Shown: positions 1 to 11,907 of the stretch, piece by piece | Position numbering within the stretch: position 1 is the first letter of the stretch | Layout of the letters: each line of letters begins with the position of its first letter | Assembly: GCA_977017645.1 (NCBI GenBank) | Contig: OZ360243.1 | Location: 6,634,001 to 6,698,000 of the forward strand | DNA: 64,000 nucleotides | Source: Torpedo marmorata | Lineage: Eukaryota | Direction of reading: 5' to 3' | Notes under the pieces: model-generated | The model's input: only the letters and a program-made list of their open reading frames with translations | Databases searched by the model: none | What the model was told of the DNA's origin: nothing | Translations under genes and position numbers: made by a program

Positions 1-292
1 ACCTGTTTGAGGTCAGGTCACTGCCTTGGAACTCCTGAATCAGCGTAGTATGGTGGGAGGCTGGGATAATTGATCTCACCACAACCATCTTTACATCAAG
101 AGCCAAAGGTGAATTTTGCTGAAATTCATTTATCTCACACTGTCAGTGGCAGATACTCTCAGCTGATCCTTGCAGTTTAGTTCTTTGGCATATACTTGAA
201 CAAGGCTGCAATGATCTACAGGGCTGAATGGTTCAGTCAGGTGGCAGTAGCCATTGAGGAAGTTCTTAATGCTGCTTAATGAAATTATAGGC

Positions 293-638
293 TATAGCCG
301 ACTGCTACGAAGAAATCACACTCACGCAGTGTGGAAGGTTAAGCTCTCTCCTTTACCAAGGCTGGAAATGCTTCTTTTATACAGTTGGAGTTCCCGCCGT
401 TTGGTTGATTGGTTGACATCAGCCGCATGAATAACAATAGCGGGCGGGAACGTTCTTGCATATGAATACCCTTCTTCCCCAGCCTGGTATTGATTTGTTA
501 GCTGGGCTGCTGGTCTTGTACTGCTCCAGCTTTCAACCGCGCCGGTTCGCTATACTAAGGGTCGCGTTACAGTGTTATACCGCTGTTTACTACTGCACGC
601 GATGTGCCGGCTCGTCTCCGCGGTGGCGGGCCGTCACG
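293..638 (-). repeat. 3' LTR of Gypsy element
   Basis: Aligns by eye with 2640-3019; termini mutated (TA...CG). Confidence 0.88.
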
Positions 639-660
639 TGACCCCCCCCCCGAACCGGCG

Positions 661-2123
661 CTACAGTTCATATTGTCCGTGGATGCAGTCTCCAATGTGG
701 TCTGCCTCTGCACCGAGGTGCTGGCGTCTCCACGGGTTGTGTCGGGTCCGTGTGCCGGCTTGAGTCTGTTTGCGGTGAAGTTGCGGATAGCCTCCACCTT
801 GCTGGGTAGTGGCGTGGCCCAGGAAGTCAGTTGTTCTCAGCCCGAACTGGCATTTAGCCAGGTTGATAGTAAGGCCGAACTCACGTAGGCGACTGTAGAG
901 GCTTCGGAGGTGTTGTAGATGTTCCTGCCGGGTTCTGCTCGCCACCAGGATATCGTCTAAGTAGACGAAGGTACCATCCAGGTCTCGGCCCACCGCGTCC
1001 ATCAGTCGCTGGAAGGTCTGTGCCACGTTCATGAGCCCGAATGGCATCCTCAGGAACTCGAACAACCCGTCTTGGGGATGTCGTCAGGGTGCACCGCGAT
1101 TTGGTGGTACCCTCGCACCAAGTCCACTTTGGAGAAGATCGTCGCTCCGTGCAGGTTTGCCGCAAAGTCCTGAATATGAGGCACGGGGTAACGATCTAGA
1201 GCGGTGGCCTCGTTAAGCTGGCTGTAGTCGCCGCACGGTCTCCAGCCGCCAGATGCTTTGGGCACCATGTGCAGGGGAGAAGCCCATGGACTGTCCGACC
1301 GCCGAACGATGCCTAACTCCTCAAGCTTGCGGAACTCCTCCTTGGCCAGTTGAAGCTTCTCCGGGGGAAGTCGTCTCACCCTTGCATGGAGAGGTGGACC
1401 CTTGGTAAGGATGTGATGCCTGTCGCCGTGTCGGGGCACCTCCACCATGAACTGAGAGGAAAGGATTGCCGGGAACTCGGGCAGCACTTTGGAGAACTCG
1501 TCATCCAAGCTGTGGACGGAATTCAGGTGCAGTACCGGGAGCCCGTCACCCCTCAGTGCGAAGGTTTGGAACGTTTCCGCGTGCACTAGTCTCTTGCCCT
1601 TGAGGTCCACTCGGAGGCTGTGGGCCCGCAGGAAGTCCGCTCCGAGGAGTGGCTGTTCCACTGCGGCCAGCGTGAACTCCCACGAGAAGTGACTGCCTCT
1701 GAACTGCAACTCGGACCTACGCTTGCCATAGGTCCGTGTACTGCTGTTGTTGGCAGCCCTCAACGTGGGGCCCGCTTGCCTGCATCTAGTGTCTAAACCT
1801 GTCAGGGGCATCACGTTGACCTCTGCTCCTGTATCCACCAAGAATCGTCTACCGGAAAAGCGATCCCATACGTACAGGAGGCTCTCTCGATGGCCAGCCG
1901 CCGTGGCCATCAGCGACGGCTGGCCTTGTCGTTTCCCTGGAACTCTCAGGGCGACCGGCATCAGCGGGCCTCGGAGCCCCATCTTTGGTGGTAGAAGCAC
2001 CATCTCTCCTTGGACTCGTCCCTGCCTCTTGCCTGCCGCTCCTTTCCAGGGCCTGCCTTGGTCTGGTTGCGAGACTTCGTGACGAGCCCCACGGTAGCTG
2101 AGCACTTCTGTTTTTGATTCCAC
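661..2123 (-). pseudogene. pol: Gypsy pol remnant: protease + RT, frameshifted near 1055, truncated after RT
   Basis: ORFs 1050..2123 (FLVDTGAEV, SPWASPLHMV, FSKVDLVRGYHQI) and 661..1065 (MPFGL, YLDD). Confidence 0.88.
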
Positions 2124-2598
2124 AGAATATCTGCCCGTGCTGCGACTTTCCAGGGGTTGCTGAAATCCGCGTCAGCCAGGAGCAGTTGGATGTCCTCGGG
2201 CAGCTGCTCCAAGAACGCCTGCTCGAACATGACGCAGGGTTTGTGGTCTCCCAGGAGGGCTAGCATCTCGTTCATGAGTGCTGACGGGGATCTGTCCCCT
2301 AGCCCATCCAGGTGGAGCAGCCGTGCACCTCTCGCCGTGAGAGCCCGATGGTCTCAGTCAATAGCTCTTTGAAGGCAGTGTAAGTACCTTCCGATGGTGG
2401 CCTCTGGATGAAGTTGGCCACCCTGTCTGCAGTCTCTGGATCCAGGGCGCTGACCACATGGTAGTACCGTGTGGTCTCAGCTGTAATGCCCCGAATCTGG
2501 AACTGAGCCTCAGCCTGGTCGAACCACACGCCGGGTCGAACTGTCCAGAAGGTCGGGAGCTTGAGGCCGACTGCGCTGATCGCTGCTTCGCTATCCAT
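1961..2598 (-). pseudogene. gag: Gypsy gag, frameshifted
   Basis: ORFs 2299..2598 (KLPTFW...WFDQAEAQF) and 1961..2275 (CFYHQRWG zinc-knuckle-like). Confidence 0.82.
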
Positions 2599-2639
2599 CG
2601 CTGGGTTTAGATGCCGTCTAAACCGTCGGGGTCACCAAC

Positions 2640-3019
2640 TGTAGCCGACTGCTACGAAGAAACACACACACACACACACAGTGTGAAAGGTTAAGCTCTC
2701 TCCTTTGTTGAGGCTGGAAATGCTTCTTTTATACAGTTGGAGTTCCCGCCGTTTGGTTGATTGGTTGACATCAGCCGCAAGAATAACAATAGTGGCGGGA
2801 ATGTTCTTGCATATGAATACCCTTCTTCCCCAGCCTGGTATTGATCTGTTAGCTGGGCAGCTTTGCCAGCGCCATTTTAGGGCTGCAGGTCTTGTACTGC
2901 TCCAGCTTTCAACCGTGCCTGTTCGCTATGCTAAGGGTCGCGTTACAGTGTGTTATGCCGCTGTTTACTACCGCGCGAGCGATGTGCCGGCTCGATCTCC
3001 GCGGTGGTGGGCCGCCACA
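2640..3019 (-). repeat. 5' LTR of Gypsy element
   Basis: TG...CA termini, adjacent tRNA-Trp PBS. Confidence 0.9.
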
Positions 3020-3274
3020 AGGCAACACTTTCCACTACTGTTGATTGTGAAAGTGGTAAACAGCCAGTGCACATTTATTCTTGTGAGCAAAGCATGACTG
3101 TTTAGCAAGCATGTCTTCAGCAATATAGTATACTTTGAATAAGATTGCATGTAATTGAGCTCTGATGTTGAATTTGATTATCGGAGCTGCATGTGCACAT
3201 ATTAATGTAACAGTTGTTATGTTCAGAAAATTATCCTTTTATATGATTTTAGGACAGTTTATATAAAAAAAAAA

Positions 3275-3368
3275 CCTACACAAACACGGGGTGAATGTAC
3301 TAACTCCTTGCAGACAGTGGCAGATTCAAACCCAGGTCACTGGCGTTCTAATAGCATTGCGCTAACTG
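3275..3368 (-). mobile_element. tRNA-derived V-SINE (HE1-like) 5' fragment
   Basis: Matches other copies (actccttgcagacag...gcgctaac). Confidence 0.7.
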
Positions 3369-3839
3369 GTTTATATTGGTACAGGCTCAGCAGGCAAAAC
3401 TCCTATCCTTGGAACTGGTAATATGCAGAGAATCATGCTACCCCCATTAGACAACAAACAGTCCATGGGTGAAACACGGGTAGCCAGAAACTGCAGGATT
3501 GAAGGGTCTGTGCTAGCTTAAGTTGGAAGTGGGTAAATTCTGGTGTTGGGGCAGAAGTTCCGGTCCATTGTTTCCTTTGTTAATGTAATGGATGGGCATT
3601 TGGATGCCTATTTACATTAATTGTCCCTTTGTTTTGGTTTGCTGATGAGAATCGGACATCTAGGTTCAAAAATATTTTTTTTAATCTGATCACTATTAAG
3701 CTCTTGAATCTCCACTTGCTACCCTAACCATAAATTACTCCAGATCCTCCAAAAAGATCTGTCTGCAATATTAAAATGCCACTTTTTTTCTCGAACTAAC
3801 TGTAACTGTGCATATTTATTTATCAATCTACCCTTTATT

Positions 3840-4039
3840 CAGTAAAACCTCTGGTATCCGGCACCTATGGAGATTGGTAGATGCTGGATAAGTGAATTTC
3901 CGGTTGTTTGAGATTGCTTGTTGCATGATTGGCGAACTAATGACGAGGTGCGCCAATTTTAAGCTCTTTTTTTAACCTATTTTCTGTGATTTTTTTTTTT
4001 TGCCATTTGCTTGAATATCAGATAAAAGGAATTTTACTG
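3840..4039. mobile_element. Short Tc1/mariner (Tigger/pogo-like) MITE
   Basis: Termini CAGTAAAA...TTTTACTG followed by TA; both ends match the ends of the longer element 22268-29465. Confidence 0.75.
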
Positions 4040-4313
4040 TATTATCTCTTTCCATACTGGGGTAATTTAATGTATACTATTTGTAGTTGATGTATCTGTT
4101 TGGCTGCAGGAAATAAGAATTTTGGTGTACATGTATATTGTACTTACGTATACTATAATAGGCATTATCCACATTTTCGCTATCAATTATAATGATTGTG
4201 ACAAAGACAGATATATGGCTAAAAGATAGAATATTTTTCACACGGGAGGGAATTATATTGCAGTGTTTCTGAGGAGCCAGTATTAAATTTGCTGCTTTCT
4301 TTGTATGTCTCAA

Positions 4314-4650
4314 GATTTGAGATTCCTTTATTGTCATGTAATAAAATAGGTGTAATATTACACAAAATTTGCTTTAGTCTGCTGTAAGGCAGACGATTTG
4401 CCATCAGCAGAAATTGCCGGGCGCCTTTTACAGTCAGAGAAAGAAGCAAAATGGAGTCCCCCCCCAAAGTCACTGAGTGTCTGTAATTCTCCTCCAGTGC
4501 TCCCGCAGCCTCCACAGCCATACAGACTCCAATCCAAACCATCAGCAACCCGAGCTCCAGATCTGAACCTCTGTCATGAACAGGAAGCTTCCAGCACCCT
4601 CTCGCATCCTGGTTCTGATACCTGGTACCCCTTCCAGCAGTCCACGGCCT
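4314..4650 (-). mobile_element. Non-coding interspersed repeat with LINE-like 3' tail (family also at 42492, 51165, 63690)
   Basis: Shared blocks such as ccatcagcaacccgagctccaga and tcctggttctgatacctgg; tail AATAAAGGAATCTCAAATCT on minus strand. Confidence 0.65.
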
Positions 4651-4749
4651 GAATTGGAAGTTTGGAAAAGGATGGGGGTGGGGAATGGGAAAGGGGTTAG
4701 TGAATAACTGAATTGCTTTTGTATTATTTTCAATAATTGTATTGAGTAA

Positions 4750-5958
4750 AAAGGGGCAACTGCGAGAGCAGGACTTGGAATGAGAAGAGGATCGTTTAAA
4801 AAGTACCGGGAAAGGTAGGTGCTTGTTTGTTTCTCGTTGGGAACTGCGAGAGCGGGACTTGAAACGAGAAGAGGATCGTTTAAAAAGCACTGGGAAAGGT
4901 AGGTGTTTGTTTAAATATTTCCATTGGCTAATTAGCTGTAGCCAATAAAGGGAAGGGAAGCTTAAGTGGAGCGACCACCGGGAGTGGCCAGTGAATGAGT
5001 GGGATTTTGAGGCTTGGCTCGAGAGGCTTTGGCGAGCAGTGGCGGTGGTGCAGAAGTTGAGGTAAGGAAAATCCTATTGAGGAACAGGGTTTAGCAAAGA
5101 GGGACGAGTGAGGGCAGGTTTTTCTAAAAAAAAAAAAAAAAAAAAAATTTTCTCTTTTCACAGACAGTGGGAATGGCAGCCAGGGCAGGGGAATGCTCCT
5201 CTTGCAGAATGTGGATAGTCAGGGAAGCCAACAGTATCCCTGATGACTTCATCTGCGAGAAGTGCATCCAACTGCAGCTCCTTACAGACTGAGTTAGGGA
5301 ATTGGAGCTAGAGTTGGATGAACTCCGGATCATTTGGAAGGCTGAGGGGATGACAGACAGGAGTTACATGGACGCAATCACACTGAGAAGGCAGGAGGTA
5401 AGTGGCTGAGTGACAGGAGAGGGAAAGGGAACAGGCAGGCAGTGTAGGGTACTCCTGTGGCCATTCCCCTCAATAACACATTGTTTTGGATCCTGTTTGG
5501 GGGGGAGGGAATGAGCTGCCAGGGACAAGCCACATGATCAGGTCTCTAGCACAAATTCTGGCCCTTTGGCTAAGAAAGGGAGGGAGGAGAAGAGGCGAGA
5601 TGTAGAGGTTTCAATAGTGAAGGGAACAGATAAGAGGTTTTGTGGAAGAGATTGAGAATCCTGGATGGTATGTTGCCTCCCATGTGCCAGGGTCTGGGAT
5701 ATCCCAAATTGTGAGCAGCCAGATGTTGTGGTCCATGTTGGGACCAATGATGTAGGTAGGAAGGGTGACGAGTCCTACAAAGAGAGTTCAGGGAGTTAGG
5801 TGTGAAGTTGAAGGACAGGACCTCCAGGGTTGTGATCTCATGATTGCTACCCGTGCCACCTCTGAGGGAGGTTAGAAATAGGAGGATAATACAGCTTAAC
5901 ACATGGTGCAGGAGGGAGGGCTTCAGATTTCTGTATTATTGGGCTCACTTCCAGGGGG
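4750..5958 (+). mobile_element. CR1 LINE 5' part: 5'UTR with ~80-bp tandem duplication and degraded ORF1 (zinc finger + SGNH esterase)
   Basis: From ~5174 reads MAARAGECSSCRMW...FICEKCIQLQLL; later VCCLP.A.V and VVVHVGTNDVG esterase motifs; stops present. Confidence 0.8.
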
Positions 5959-8218
5959 CAAGCCTTCTTCCTCTTCCTGGACACCTCGTCCTGGCCAGCT
6001 GCCTGCTCTGGACCTTTTTATTTCCAACTGCCGCCGAGATATCAACCGTCTCAACTTCACCACCCCCCTCCCGTATTCCAACCTCACCTCCTCAGAATGC
6101 TCTGCCCTCCACTCTCTCCGCAACAATCCCAACCTCACCATCAAACCCGCAGACAAGGGCGGTGCGGTTGTGGTCTGGCGCACTGACCTCTACCTTGCCG
6201 AGGCCAGTCGACAGCTCTCAGACACCTCCTCCTACCGACCCCTCCCACAGGACCCCACCACTGCACATCAAGCCACTGTCTCCAACACCATCTCCGACCT
6301 CATCACCTACGGTCACCTCCCCTCCACGGCCACCAACCTCATTCTCTCCCACCCCCGCACTGCCCGTTTCTACCTTCTACCCAAGATACACAAACCCAAC
6401 CATCCGGGCAGACCCATTGTTTCTGCCTGCTCCTGCCCCACCGAACTAGTTTCATCTTACCTTGACTCCATCTTTTCTCCCCTGGTCCAATCCCTCCCCA
6501 CCTACATCCGCGACACATCACATGCCCTCCATCTCCTCAATGACTTCAGATTCCCTGAACCGGACCGCATCATCTTCACCATGGATGTCCAATCCCTTTA
6601 TACCTCTATCCCCCACACAGAAGGTCTGAAAGCACTTCGCTTCTTCCTGGACCAAAGACCCGACCAGTCACCCTCTACCACCACCCTCTTCCGCCTGGCA
6701 GAACTTGTCCTCACTCTCAATAACTTCTCCTTCAACTCATCCCACTTCCTCCAAATCAAAGGAGAAGCCATGGGTATCTGCATGGGTTCCAGCTACGCCT
6801 GCCTGTTTGTGGGCTTTGTGGAGCAATTCATGCTGCAAGACCCCTCATCTCTTCCTCCGTTATATCGACGACTACAGCGGGGCTGCCTCATGCACCCACG
6901 ATGAGCTTGTCAACTTCATCCACTTCGCATCCAACTTCCACCACGATCTCAAACCTACCTGGTCCATCTCTGATAACACTCTCCCCTTCCTGGATCTCTC
7001 TGTCTCCATCTCAGGAGACAAGCTTTCCACCGACATTTACTACAAACCCTCCAACTCCCACAACTATCTGGACTACACTTCCTCACACCCTGTCCCCTGC
7101 AAGGATTCCAACACCTTCTCTCAATTTCTCCACCTCTGCCGCATCTGTTCCCAAGATGAGGTGTTCCAGTCCAGATCTTCTGAAATGTCTGCCTTTTTCC
7201 ACAAACGTGGCTTCCCCTCCACCACCATCAACTCAGCCCTCATCCGCATCTCCTCCTCATCTGCCCTGGCCCCCTCTGCCCCCAGACGCAAAAAATATAG
7301 AATCCCCCTCATTCTCACCTACCATCTCACCAGCCTCTGCATCCAACACATTATCCGCCGGAATTTCCGGCACTTACTACAGGATCCCACCACCAGACAC
7401 ATTTTTTCCTTCTCCTCCCCTCTCGGCCTTCTGTAGGGACCGCTCCCTCCGCGATTCACTCGTGCACTCATCCCTCCCCACCCATCGCACCCCCGGCACC
7501 TTCCCCTGTGCCCACACCTTCACATCACCACAGTCCGGGGCCCCAAACAGGCCTTCCAAGTGAAACTACACTTCACTTGTACATCCAGAGAACGTAATTA
7601 CTGCATCCGGTGCTCCCTTTGTGGCTTTCTCTACATCGGAGAGACCGGTCGTAGATTGGGAGACCGCTTTGCTGAGCACCTCCTCTCCGTCCGCAACAGC
7701 AGCGACTTCCCAGTAGCCAACCATTTCAATTCCGGGTCACACTCCCACACTCACATGTCTGTCCATGGCCTCATGTACTATCCCACCCAGACTACCCGCA
7801 AATTGGAGGAACAACATCTCATTTTCCGTCTCGGCACTCACTCTCCAGCCAGATGGCATTAACATTGACTTTTCTGCTTTCCACTAAACCTGCTTGTCCT
7901 TCCCTTCCCCTCCCCCCTCACCTGTCCTTCCTGTTTTTTTTCCACCCACCCAGCCATCCCTCCTCCCCCTCTTTGCTGCTGTCCCCTCCCTCCTTTCTCC
8001 ACCTATCATCTCCTGCCTTTGCCACCCCCCTTCCCCCCTCACTCTATTGTTCGGACACCTGCCGGCATTTTCTCATACTTTGATGAAGGGCTCAAGCCCG
8101 AAACGTCGGTTATGTATTTCTACCTTTGCTACATAAAAGACACTGACCTGCTGAGTTTCTCCAGCATTTGTGTTTTTTACTTCAACCACGGTGTCTACAG
8201 ATTTTCGTGTTTTACTGC
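5959..8218 (+). mobile_element. Penelope-like element (RT + GIY-YIG endonuclease), frameshifted
   Basis: IKPADKGGAVVVW, LLPKIHK, GRPIVS, RYIDD, CIRCSLC..YIGETGRRLGDRFAEH in ORFs 5903..6904, 6705..7436, 7560..7862; 3' pLTR-like end. Confidence 0.92.
8080..8107 (+). ncRNA. Minimal hammerhead ribozyme-like motif of Penelope pLTR
   Basis: TTGATGA-A-GGGC(tcaa)GCCC-GAAAC-GTC; core C3 is U. Confidence 0.6.
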
Positions 8219-8424
8219 CCCATTTTTTTCCTCTGGTTACCCTTTTTTCCTTTATGTACTCATAAAACATAGAGATGCATTGTCTTGTTTATCCATCACA
8301 CCTCGCTTACTTCCACAAGGCATACCATTTTAAAAATTATTCCTGTTTTAAAATTGTTCCAAGGTCCTCTAACCTCCAAAACCATCTGTGAGGTTGCTCA
8401 TTCATCTTCTAGGATCGGGTATCA

Positions 8425-9010
8425 ATAGGTAGACCAGCATTTATTACCTATCTGTTGTTGGCATTGAGAACATGGTGGTGAGCTACATTGAATTGTGACT
8501 ATCCAGTCAAAGTTCTGAGATGTTATTAGGTCAGGAGTTCCAGGGTCTATAAGCCATTATTGATGAAGGAATAGCATTTGCATTCATGTTAAATAGTATG
8601 ACTGGTGTTCCATAAGCCTGCTGTACATTTTTTTTTAGACATACAGCACGGTAACAGGCCATTTCGGCCCACGAGTCCATGCTGCCCAATTTACACCCTA
8701 TTAACCTTCACCCCCGGTACGTTTTGAACGGTGGGAGGAAACCAGAGCCCCCGGAGAAAACCCACACAGACACGAGGAGAATTGACAAGTGCTGTCTGAG
8801 TAACTTTTGTAGGTGATGTGCAGCCACAGTGAGTTGGTGACAAATGAATGTTCCAGGTGCTAAAAGGCGTGCTATTCAAATAGGCTACTTTGGCCGGAAG
8901 GGTGCTGAGCTTCACTAGGCAAAAGGAGAGCATCACCCTACTATTGTATTGGAAACGCTTATGGTTTCAGGGAATGAGTGACCCATGACTGGATGCACAG
9001 CAACTGACCT
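8425..9010 (-). mobile_element. Old degraded CR1/L2-group LINE 3' fragment interrupted by a SINE
   Basis: Resembles the elasmobranch LINE 3' region (cagcatttatt...gagaacatggtggtgagc); no intact ORF. Confidence 0.45.
8631..8782 (-). mobile_element. V-SINE (HE1-like) 3' part
   Basis: V-domain (gtgggaggaaaccagagc) and CR1-type tail. Confidence 0.8.
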
Positions 9011-9744
9011 CTGAAAACCACAGCATTGTGATCTCGTGGGTCCCCATTAGTTTCCTGCCTCTTTACCCCATTTAAGATAACCTGAAAACCGGTTCTCTCA
9101 TCCTGTATGTACTTGTATCCATATTTGTGATTTGGTTAAATTTTGTTAAATAATGCTGCAGATATTTTGGGATGTTTTGCTATGTAAGGAAACTGCATAA
9201 ATATTTATTACCTATTTATTAGAGCTGTCAATTAATCACAGTTAATGTTTGCAATTAACACAGCCTGCCTGCTCAGCACATTAAATTCATTTAATCATTT
9301 GCTGTGACTGCAGCCATTCCTGGAACAAAACCTGTCCAGATTTAGGTTAATTTAAAGCCTTGAGCTTTGTTCACACTTCCATTTGGCCTTTTTCTTTCCC
9401 CTGGCCACACAGCACTAATTGTCCCCTCTCCCCATGTGGGAATTTGGACAAACACAGGCAAATAAGACCAGCCGAGGTATGCAACTTTGTCGGCATGGAA
9501 TAAGTTGAGCAGAAAGGCCAGTTTCTGTGCTTTAAGACACTGAATCTGTGACTCTATTAATTTTCATCTTTTGTTGGAGAAAAATGGCAGATTATTGGAT
9601 GTTTGTAGTCCAGTGTATATACTGTTGATCTTCTCACTTGTGAAGGTGGAATGCCAGTATACTGCTTCACATTTCCATGGATTTCATATGAATGCATAAT
9701 GTCTTCTTTGGAATGACAAGATTGGTCTTCAGTCTTTTAAGTCT

Positions 9745-11385
9745 TATCAGATATATCAAGGACACTGGGAAGCTAGAGAGGAAATTGCAGGTGCCCTGGC
9801 TGAGATTTATGAGTCGTCATTAAGCCCAGGTGAGGTGCCAGAAGACTGGAGGGTGGCAAATGATTTCAGATTCAGTTTGTCAGAGTACATACATGACATC
9901 ACATACAACCCTGAGATTCTTTTTCCTGCAGGTGAGGCAGAATGACCACTTATTGGTAGTGCAAAAAAAACTACACAATGTACACACGTAAACAAATAAA
10001 GAAATGTAAACAACTGTGCAATACAGAGAGGAAAAAAAAACAGTGCACAAGTAAGAGTCCTTAAATGAGTCCCTAATTGAGTTTATTTTTGAGGAGTCTG
10101 ATGGTGGAGGGGTAGCAGCTGTTCCTGAACCTGGTGGTGCGAGTGTTGTTGTGGCACCTGTACCTCTATTCAAGAAGGGCTGCTGGGAACTACAGGCCAG
10201 TGAGCCCAACATCTGTGGTTATTAAATTACTAGAGAGTATTCTGAGGGAGAAGATATACATGCTCTTGGATGGACAAGGGCTGCTTAGGGATAGTCAGCA
10301 TGATTTTGTAACTGAGAGGTCATGTTTCAAATCATGATTGAACTTTTTGAAGATGCGACCAAGACCAATAGCTATGCGGTCATAGCTATTGACATTGTAT
10401 GTATGGATTTCAGCAAGGCATTCAATAAGTTCGGGATAGTAAGCTGCTCTGGAAGGTTAGATCACATGGGATCCAAGGTGAGATAACAGAACGGATAGAA
10501 AATTGGCATAATGGACGAAAGCAGAGGGTGATGGATGATGGTTTTTCAGACTGGGTGACTGACTAGTGGTATGTCACAGGGTTTGTTGCTGGGCTCATTG
10601 CAGTTTGTCATCTATTCTATATCAATGATTCGTATGAAAATGTACATGGCATGATTAACAAGTTTGCAGATGACACTAAAGTGACTGGTATTGTAGCTAG
10701 TGAAGACGGTTGCCAAAGATTGCAGCAGGATCTTGATCGGTTAGGTGGGTAGGCAGGCAGAGGAATGGTTGATGGTATTTAATACAGAGAAATGTGAGGT
10801 GTTGCATTTTGGGAGGTCTAACGTGGGTAGGACCTACACAGAATGGTAGGGATCTGGGGAATGTTGAAGAGCAGAGTGATCGAGGAGTGCAGGTACATGG
10901 TGCCTTGACAGTGGCATCACAGGTAGGTAGGATGGTTGAAAAGGCTTTTGGCACATTGACCTTCATCATGGGAGTTGGGAGGTCATGTTGTAGTTGCATC
11001 AGATGTTCATGAGGCCCCAATTGGAGTTTTGTGTTCAGTTTTGGTAACCATGCTATAGGAAAGATGTGTAGGTGGAGAGGGTGCAGAGAAGATTTTAAAA
11101 GGATGTTGCCAGGACTCGTGGGCCTGAGCTATAGGAAGAGGTTGATTCGACTAGGGCTTTATTCCTTGGAGTGCAGGAGGGCGAGAGATGATCTCACAAA
11201 AGGTATATAAAATTGAGAGAAATAGATCAGATGAATGCAGAGTTCTTTAACCCAGAGTATTGGAATCAGTAACCAGAAGACATGGGTTTAAGGTGGGGTA
11301 GGGGGAGAGAGGAGTTAGCAGGAACCTGAGGGGTGGACAGAACACTTTGGTCGGCATGAGCAAGTTGGGCTGAGGGGCCTGTTTC
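9745..11385 (+). mobile_element. CR1 LINE ORF2 (RT) degraded fragment with 3' tail
   Basis: VPEDWRVAN, GNYRPVS.TSVV, YMDFSKAF, KFADDTK; tail ggcctgtttccatgct. Confidence 0.88.
9863..10165 (-). mobile_element. Rex1/Babar LINE 3' end inserted into CR1
   Basis: Interrupts CR1 between WRVAN and PLFKKG; similar to 32245-32535. Confidence 0.7.
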
Positions 11386-11907
11386 CATGCTCATTGATGA
11401 GGTGAGAATCTTTGGTTGCTTTAGTATTAAAATGCTGGGAAATATTAATGCAAAAACAAAATGTTATGACTTGAAGAACTGTGAAGAATGGACTAAAATG
11501 TCAATTGATAAACTTAAGGAGTCCTCTTTGGGGCAGAGAAACAGGACCTCTAATTCACTGCTAAGCTCTTTTTCAGGATAGTAGGGCCCTGGATTGTGTT
11601 ATGGAACAAACACCTTTGAGAACGTGAACATCGTTTCTGAAAGTAGATTGGTACAATTCCAGTGTTCAAAAGACATTTAGACAGGCACACGGATGGGAAA
11701 GGATTAATGAGATATGGGCGAAAAGAGGCAAATGGGACTACATCTTGGCCAGCATGAACATGGAAAGAACCTTTTTCTGTGCAGTAAAACTCTGACTCTA
11801 TAAAAGTTCATTTTCATCATAAAATTAACGTGTGTAATCTGCAGTGACAAAAATCTTTTAGAAAGCCGTAAAAGCAAATATCCCTTTTAAAAAAATATAT
11901 ATATATA

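Larger units (their letters stand above)
293..3019 (-). mobile_element. Gypsy/Ty3 LTR retrotransposon, internally deleted (gag-PR-partial RT; RNase H and integrase absent)
   Basis: Direct repeats 293-638 and 2640-3019; 4-bp TSD AGGC (289-292, 3020-3023); PBS TGGTGACCCCGACG (tRNA-Trp) at 2624-2637 on the minus strand; G-run PPT near 641-651; gag, FLVDTGA protease and YLDD RT motifs. Confidence 0.93.

Noticed and set aside
9220-9300. Possible hAT terminal fragment (tagagctgtcaattaatcacagttaa)
   Set aside because: Only one end is visible and there is no TSD; too short to call
4750-11385. Single CR1 element spanning ORF1 (4750-5958) and ORF2 (9745-11385)
   Set aside because: The intervening DNA includes older unrelated sequence, the endonuclease region is missing and no TSD was found
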